Origin: Camelus dromedarius
Taxonomy: Eukaryota
Assembly: GCF_036321535.1 (NCBI RefSeq)
Contig: NC_087447.1
Location: forward strand, 32,180,001-32,244,000
Reading direction: 5' to 3'
DNA: 64,000 bases
How positions within the stretch are numbered: the first letter of the stretch is position 1; each line of letters begins with the position of its first letter. The position numbers and the translations under genes are program-made. The notes beneath the pieces are model-generated. The model did not search any database. It saw only the letters and a list, made by a program, of their open reading frames with translations, and was not told the DNA's origin. Below are positions 63,045-64,000 of this stretch, one piece after another.

Positions 63045-64000
63045 GTTAATGTAATGATGTAATCCTTTCTTTTCTATACTGAATGGGTTCATTGATACTT
63101 AGTTTTAGATTCTAATATAAATATTGAGAGATATGTTACAAAAGCAAAAGATCTTTGGGGGGGCTTCAAACAATTTTTAGGAATGTGAAGGGGCTTGAGA
63201 TCAAAATTTTGAGAATCACTGATTTAATAGTGTAGTAAATCCCATATGGTGCTTTTTGACTTAGTGTAATCAAACTGGAAAAACAGGCCTATATTCCTAG
63301 GACTTTGTGACCTTGATAAATTAATTCTTGACCTTTTCAAATCTTTATTTCGCCATTTGCAAAAAGACTGTGCTAGCCAAGATGATCTCAATGAACCTTT
63401 TTTTAGCTCTTAGATTCTGTAACTAGGAGAATTATAAATGACTTTTGCTCCTAGTTTGAAGGCAGTAGAAATATTTTCGCTTTGTCATCTTTTTTTATAC
63501 TGCCAACCCACATCATCAGTCTTTAACCATCTTTTCCACCTAAGCTCCTGTCCCCAAAAGGATTTAACATTCGATTACATCACTATAATTACAGAAGTCA
63601 CTACTTCCAGTGTCAAAAACTCAGAGCGGTCTTGGACTAAACAATATGTCATATACAAACATAAAAACGCAGGGCAGAACAACAAAATGCCACGGTTTAG
63701 TGTCGCTCGATCCATCAGGTGGAAAATGAAATGCCTAATGCAGGCTCTGTGACCAAATTTAATACAGCAAATTATTGCACAGCTTTGCATCTCCCCAAAG
63801 CAGCAGAGTAATTAAAAAAAAAAACACACGTGATGCCTAAGTATTTTCTCTTTTCTGTGCAAGTACCACAAATTAGTATCTGCTTGCCATCCTTAAAAAT
63901 GCATGAGTTATCCCTCTTAATTACAGGCAAGTCCGCGTAGGCTTTGCCTCCGAAGTCACTGCGGCAAAATGCAAATGATGTATGAAATAAAAGGCCCTCG

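Larger units (their letters stand above)
62026..63221 (+). mobile_element. Internally deleted Charlie1-family hAT element with both TIRs
   Basis: TIRs cagtggttctcaaa / tttgagaatcactg; 8-bp TSD atttgatg (62018-62025) / atttaata (63222-63229); internal tgaatgcagaagcagatatgag. Confidence 0.9.

Noticed and set aside
1..64000. Six-frame ORFs as protein-coding genes
   Set aside because: All are short (at most 179 aa), many lie in repeats or microsatellites, and none resembles a cellular protein I recognise.

Overview
Mammalian, AT-rich, non-coding DNA: an intergenic region or the inside of a very large intron. Three tRNA-derived SINEs of the camelid Vic-1 type and cetartiodactyl-style L1 3' ends point to a camelid (camel, alpaca or llama). 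I cannot name the locus. I found no recognisable protein-coding gene, RNA gene or CRISPR array. The only ORFs with recognisable protein similarity are transposon remnants (L1 ORF2 C-terminus; Tigger7/MER44 transposase N-terminus). Much of the window is interspersed repeat (L1, L2, MIR, CR1/L3, MaLR/ERVL/ERV1 LTRs, hAT and Tigger DNA elements), often nested. Subfamily names come from my memory of consensus sequences and need RepeatMasker/Dfam confirmation. The best-supported structural findings are three 5'-inverted (twin-primed) L1 insertions and several multi-layer nests with visible TSDs. The best functional leads are motif-based only: a CCAAT/CCAAT/RFX/GC-box promoter-like module at ~9.4 kb, a strong CTCF motif at ~31.0 kb, several CpG-retaining enhancer-like blocks, and candidate plus-strand exons (45.6 kb, 60.9-61.1 kb). 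I do not see evidence for a new biological system.
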